64,000 bases of DNA from positions 3,277,675 through 3,341,674 of the forward strand of contig CAJINV010000001.1 of assembly GCA_905178155.1 (NCBI GenBank), in the 5' to 3' direction. This DNA comes from Amoebophrya sp. A120. Taxonomy: Eukaryota > Protista > Dinoflagellata. Shown here piece by piece: positions 59,561 to 64,000 of this stretch; within the stretch, counting starts at the first letter, position 1, and each line of letters opens with the position of its first letter. The notes below the pieces were generated by a model. That model had not been told where the DNA came from. It saw only the letters and a program-made list of their open reading frames with translations, and did no database searches. The position numbers and the translations under genes are program-made.

Positions 59561-60007
59561 TCAGTCCAGATTTTCGATACTGATTGTATCGGACACGGTC
59601 GAACGCTCCTCCTCTTCCCGCTGCATCGCTTGTACTTTGAATCCGTCTACGGACGCCTGCTGCTGGAAGTCCTTTGTGGTTCGGGTCGACACTCGCTCAA
59701 AGAACCTATTTCCTACTACAACAGCTGAGCCCTCGGGAGTCCGCAGCTGCGACATGCCACGGGCCGCTCCGGCCGCTGGCGGGCCAGAGGATCTACTCAT
59801 CGCCATCTGTGTTATTATGAGGTCGCGGGACTGCTCGTGTGCGTGAAGTAAGTGGTTCTGCGCACGCTCGAGCATGCGGCAAGACTCGTCCGTGAGCCGC
59901 TGCAAGGTGAAAATGTCGTCTTTGTTCACCGGCCGCACCCGCTCCAACATCACCAACCCCAGACTGCTCAACCAAGTATCCCGTTGAAAACAGTCGAATC
60001 CTCCTTG
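59561..60007 (-). CDS. Terminal exon of an unidentified gene
   Basis: Open frame QGGFDCFQRDTWLSSLGLVMLERVRP...ENLD* is preceded by a pyrimidine tract and AG (60009-60008). Upstream exons were not identified. Confidence 0.5.
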   Translation of the reverse strand, partial: QGGFDCFQRDTWLSSLGLVMLERVRPVNKDDIFTLQRLTDESCRMLERAQNHLLHAHEQSRDLIITQMAMSRSSGPPAAGAARGMSQLRTPEGSAVVVGNRFFERVSTRTTKDFQQQASVDGFKVQAMQREEEERSTVSDTISIENLD

Positions 60008-60804
60008 CTAAAGAAAGACGCGGTGCAGTGCAGGTTCTTGTACGATCGATTTATGAAGGCCCTAAAATATCCACCTTTGTTTTCGCCCATCTTTTCAAAT
60101 TTTGGCCTGTTGATTGCTCGGCGCCCTCGCCATTTATCGCGTAGCGCCTCTTCGATGGCGGCTGCGCGTCCGCCTTTGCAAACGCGCCAAGCCGGGCTGT
60201 TCTATTTCTGCCCCGAGGCCCTGGGCAGAAACGCAAGCCAAACACCCCAAAGAGAAAAGCCACCCAAACGAGCCTCCCAATCATATGAGGCCATGGGCCC
60301 TGAGCGCGCCTCTGCTTGCGCAGGTAAGGAAAGGCTCCCGGCAATAGCGACAAACGCGGAAAATGCCCCTGGCCAATTTACCTTCGACAAGGCGTAGCCA
60401 AGCGAAAGGCTGCGCCCCCCCTCTTATCAGCCCCGGCCTGGCTTGGGCCTGATTCGCAAACAACGCCCGCCGCATCTTCTGCGCAGCTTCCCAAACCCCT
60501 AGCGGTTCAGGACTTTGCGCGCACCCAATAAAATGAGGACAGGCGGCGTAGGCTGGGAAACTCGGAAAACCCAGCTGGAATGGGAGGTCTCGGTAGAATA
60601 GGGAGGCGCGCACAGACCACAGCTGCCCGAGAAGCCAAAGGGGTCGGCAGATCCGTGAGACCTGAGGAGCGAGCAACCCCTGACGAGGTGGCTCGTGTTT
60701 CATGGCGCAACCTTTTCAAATGTGGACACGGCTGAAGCGGGGCAATATGCCTCGGGGCACATCTATTCAAATCTGAAAACCAACAGACGAAAGCGCTGCT
60801 GTGC

Positions 60805-61540
60805 TCTCCTGTGGTTCTTGAGATTTGAAAAGATGCCCTTTCAGCATCTTTTCAAATCTGAAGCGCGTGGCCTTTGGTCTGCAAAATTTGAAAAGATGCT
60901 GTAGAAGCATCTTTTCCATAACGAAGCCACTGGCGACCCGAGCAGTTTACTCTTCTGTGGTTTCCAGGATTTGAAAAGATGCTGAAGGAACATCTCTTCG
61001 AATTTCAAAAGGCGCTAAAAAGGAGGGTCGCCTGCTCTTCTGTGCTTTTCAAAATTTGAAAAGATGCTGAAGGAGCATCTTTTCAATTTTTGAAGCCGCA
61101 GAAGACGGGGTCGGCTTACTCGTCTGTGGTTTTCAAAATTTGAAAAGATGCTAAAGAAGCATCTTTTCAATCTTCGAAGCCGCAGAAGAGCCGATCCGTT
61201 TTCTGTCCTGAGGTTGCCAAGATTCGATAAGATGCTGAAGGAGCATCTTTTCAAATTTGACATGCCGCAGACGAGGAGGGCAGCTGGCTGCTCTGTGGTT
61301 TTCAGGATTTGAAAAGATGCCGAGGGAGCATCTTTTCAAATTTGAGAAACCACGCAAAGGGAGGTCAGCTCAGTCTTCTGTGGCTTCCAAAATTTGAAAA
61401 GATGCTACCAGCGCATCTTTTTCAAATTTCGACAGCCGCGGAAAGGGTGAGCAGCCTACTCTTCTGCGTGCCTTTCAAAATTCGCAAACTTGCTGAGGGG
61501 GCATCTTCGCAATCTTCGGAGCCACAAAAGAGGCAAGCAA
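60805..61540. repeat. Array of long imperfect palindromes, core TTTGAAAAGATGC-N7-GCATCTTTTCAAA, period ~84-85 bp
   Basis: Cores start at 60824, 60887, 60970, 61055, 61139, 61223, 61308, 61393 and 61481 (degenerate). Confidence 0.92.
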
Positions 61541-61747
61541 ACAGGTGTCGCCAGAGGCACGGCGTTGCTTACCATCTGGCGACCCGCCAGCCGGAGCGCA
61601 AGTTAAAGCCTTGCACTCTCGTCAGCAATTCTCTGTCTAGGTTCATCAAAGGGGTTGCCAAAAAGGTTTATAAAAATCCACCATACCGTGGGGAATAGCT
61701 CAAGTTAATGAGCTCTTTTTTAACCTCATCGAAGGGGTTGTCAAAAA

Positions 61748-62044
61748 GGTTGTCAAATTTTGAAAAGATGCTGAAGGAAACATCTTTTCAAAATTTGACA
61801 ACCTCAACAAAGCAAGTGCTTGCGTTGTTGAGGTTGTCAAATTTTGAAAAGATGTCTCTTTCAGCATCTTTTCAAAATTTGGAAAGTGAGCAGCCACCTA
61901 TCAAATTTTGAAAAGATGTTGAAGGAGACATCTTTTCAAAATTTGATACTTGCGTTGTTCGGGTTGTCAAATTTTGAAAAGATGTCTCCTTCAACATCTT
62001 TTCAAAATTTGGAAAGTGAGAAGCCACTTATCGAAATTTGAAAA
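61748..62044. repeat. Second block of the same hairpin core in alternating orientation, forming a nested palindrome
   Basis: Cores at 61759, 61843, 61907 and 61973, plus a truncated core at 62038 fused to the 50-bp motif. Confidence 0.9.
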
Positions 62045-62095
62045 GAATCCTCCTTGCTAAAGAAAGTGCTGACGCGGTGCAGTGCAGGTTCTTGT

Positions 62096-64000
62096 TATGC
62101 TGTAACAAAATACAAAACGCGCATTTTCGTTTTTCGATTTTTCGAAACAAAAACCTGAAAAAACACTTTTTAAATGCGATTTGCGAAACCGATTTTCGGG
62201 CGCGCCGGGAGCCCAAAAAAATGACGCGCCAAAGCGCCACCCCTCCGCGGCAAAAAACGCCGCAGTTCCGAGGACTCTGGCACCTATCCGAGACCTCCGG
62301 GCCCGCACCATTCGAAGGCATTCCCTGCGCTTCAGCTTCCTGGCTTGCGACCAAAAGCAAGCCGTGGCAACACCCTGAAAGCACAGCTCCGGGGGTGATT
62401 CAAAGCCGCTTCACTTGCCGCAGGCTGCGCCCCCATTCCTGAAGTTGCGCGCCCTGCTGCACGGGCCCGCCGTTTGGCGCGCCATCTTGTCCCGGGGCGG
62501 CGCCGGCGCGCGACGCCCCATCGAGAAACAACGGCCGCCCCAAGCAAAACGCCCGGGGCCCAGTCGATGCCGAGCACCCCGGCCGATGGCGGTGCCGATT
62601 CGGGGCCCACAAGAGAAGAGATGCCGCGGGCCGGGCGCTGTTTCGCCTCCATTTCCGCCCCTGCCCTTGCGAGTTTCCTGGGCGCCCCCCGCTTCTTTGT
62701 TTCCTGCCCCCCTGCCTTCGTGGCGCACAAGGTGGCGCGGGGCCGGGGGCCGGGCCGCTTTTCGATGCGCCCGGGCCGCGCGGGCTTGGGATTGCTAACG
62801 GCACGGGTGGCGCGGCGGCTTCGTCGCTACCCCCGCCCGCCCCTTCCGAATGAAAAAAGGCAGCGCGGCTGTTTGCGCCGCCTGCGGCCTTGTCGCGAGT
62901 ATTTCTTCTGCCCCGGTGGGGCTGCGCATTGTGGGGGCCGGGCGGCCGGGGGCCACCTCCTTTGTCCCGGCGGCCACAGCGTTCTCCCCGGGGCCTTGGT
63001 GTTTTTGCGCCCCGGCCGGCCCACCGAAAGAGAAGCCACTGCGCGTAGCGCCGGAGCCGTGGCCCCGCCATGCCGGGCCGCGGCCCCCCGCGGGGCGGCT
63101 GCCTGTTTGGCGGCAACACGGCAGGCAGACAAACAAAAGCCCTTCCGGCGCCAGCCTTCGGGGCGGGGGGCTCGCTCAAGAATACCAAGCAAGGCCGCGC
63201 GCAACCTGCTCGGGGGGCCCTCTCCAAGGGCGCGCCGTCAAGCCGCCTGCGCAGAACCAAGATAGACGAAACAAGCCGGCGCGCCCTGCACAATGCCGAA
63301 GACATTGGGGGGGAGGCGAAGTCAAGTGGCGCAGCAACATCGGCCGGCGCCGGGGGGGCTTGGCGTGAAAAAAAAACTAAAGAAAGTGCTGACGCGGTGC
63401 AGTGCAGGTTCTTGTATGGCGCGCTTAAAGTCGCGTTTTCAAAAGTCATAGTTTTTTTTTTTTGCTAGTCTTCAGGCATTGGCGCCGATTTTAATGCCCT
63501 GCCGATATGAGAATAGGGTCGCCCGAGCTGGCGCGCATAAATGCGATAGCACTGAGCCCCAGGAAGGCAATTCGGACGGGGCGCAAAAGAATGCCTCGCC
63601 GCGATCCTTCGTGGCGCATTCCGCGATGCAATTTCGAAAACCCCGGGGCCGCTTCGCCTCCCCCCGCCGCCCAAAGTTCTGAGCAAACAAAGGAAAGGCG
63701 GCGCGTCGCGGCTTAATAGCCGAGCCCCGCCAAAATCTGGCGCACTTGCATGTAGTCCCACCGAGGCCCGGAAAGGCCCGGCCGCCCCACATGCGCCGCT
63801 CAGCTTGGTTCTGCTTGTCAGCCGGGGCGCTGGGGCCTGCATGAGGGCGGATACCAATGCCGCCACGCGCCCCACCGGCAAGATGCGCCTCGCGGCCGCC
63901 TCATGAGCCAGGCGCGCCGGCAAGGCGAGGCCGGCCCCTTCGTGGCGGGCCACAGAAGGCCACGGCGGCGACGCCCTTTAAACAGGAAGCGCGCAGCCGC
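62096..64000. mobile_element. GC-rich degenerate repeat-derived sequence, continuing beyond the window
   Basis: Very high GC with homopolymer runs, no coherent ORF, and delimited by the 50-bp motif copies. Confidence 0.45.

Larger units (their letters stand above)
59996..63415. repeat. Three direct copies of a ~50-bp motif (gaatcctccttg)ctaaagaaagtgctgacgcggtgcagtgcaggttcttgt
   Basis: Copies at 59996-60041 (5-nt deletion), 62045-62095 and 63377-63415 (5'-truncated). Each is followed by unrelated sequence. Confidence 0.9.

Noticed and set aside
60661-60705. Hammerhead ribozyme (ctgagga/ctgacga followed by a stem)
   Set aside because: No GAAA follows stem II and the flanking stems cannot be built.
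60805-62044. CRISPR array
   Set aside because: The 'spacers' are homologous to each other and extend the palindrome, the repeats are degenerate, no cas genes are present, and the context is eukaryotic.
62400-63953. 349-aa and 162-aa ORFs as functional genes
   Set aside because: Their A/R/G/P-rich composition is expected from very high GC, overlapping ORFs occur in all frames, and no domain motifs are present.

Overview
This is eukaryotic genomic DNA, most consistent with a syndinian dinoflagellate such as Amoebophrya. That assignment is an inference from three things: all credible genes lie on the minus strand, the proteins are inflated by low-complexity inserts, and canonical GT-AG introns sit alongside inverted-repeat 'introner' introns. 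Reconstructed genes (all minus strand): a partial gene at the left edge; RMND5/Gid2-like CTLH E3 ligase; two tandem paralogs with a ubiquitin-like header; a ~986-aa protein ending in a HicA-like RNase toxin domain; KLHDC9-like Kelch protein; DGAT2; a multi-exon orphan; a ~1850-aa ankyrin protein; FANCJ/RTEL1-family helicase; a putative secreted orphan; a 7-exon Hsp70 lacking EEVD; a DHHC palmitoyltransferase; and a terminal exon at ~59.6-60.0 kb. Six 209-282 bp elements with TAT...ATA-type terminal inverted repeats and 5-bp target duplications interrupt coding sequence. Removing each element plus one duplication restores the frame, and no register gives GT-AG. All six share an internal TGT(C/G)ATGC motif despite having three unrelated terminal-repeat types. 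There are two GC-rich repeat-derived blocks. One (25.4-28.0 kb) may be a decayed DDE transposase. The other (60-64 kb) is punctuated by a thrice-repeated ~50-bp motif and contains an array of long palindromes with ~84-85 bp periodicity. All calls were made by eye; no searches were run.
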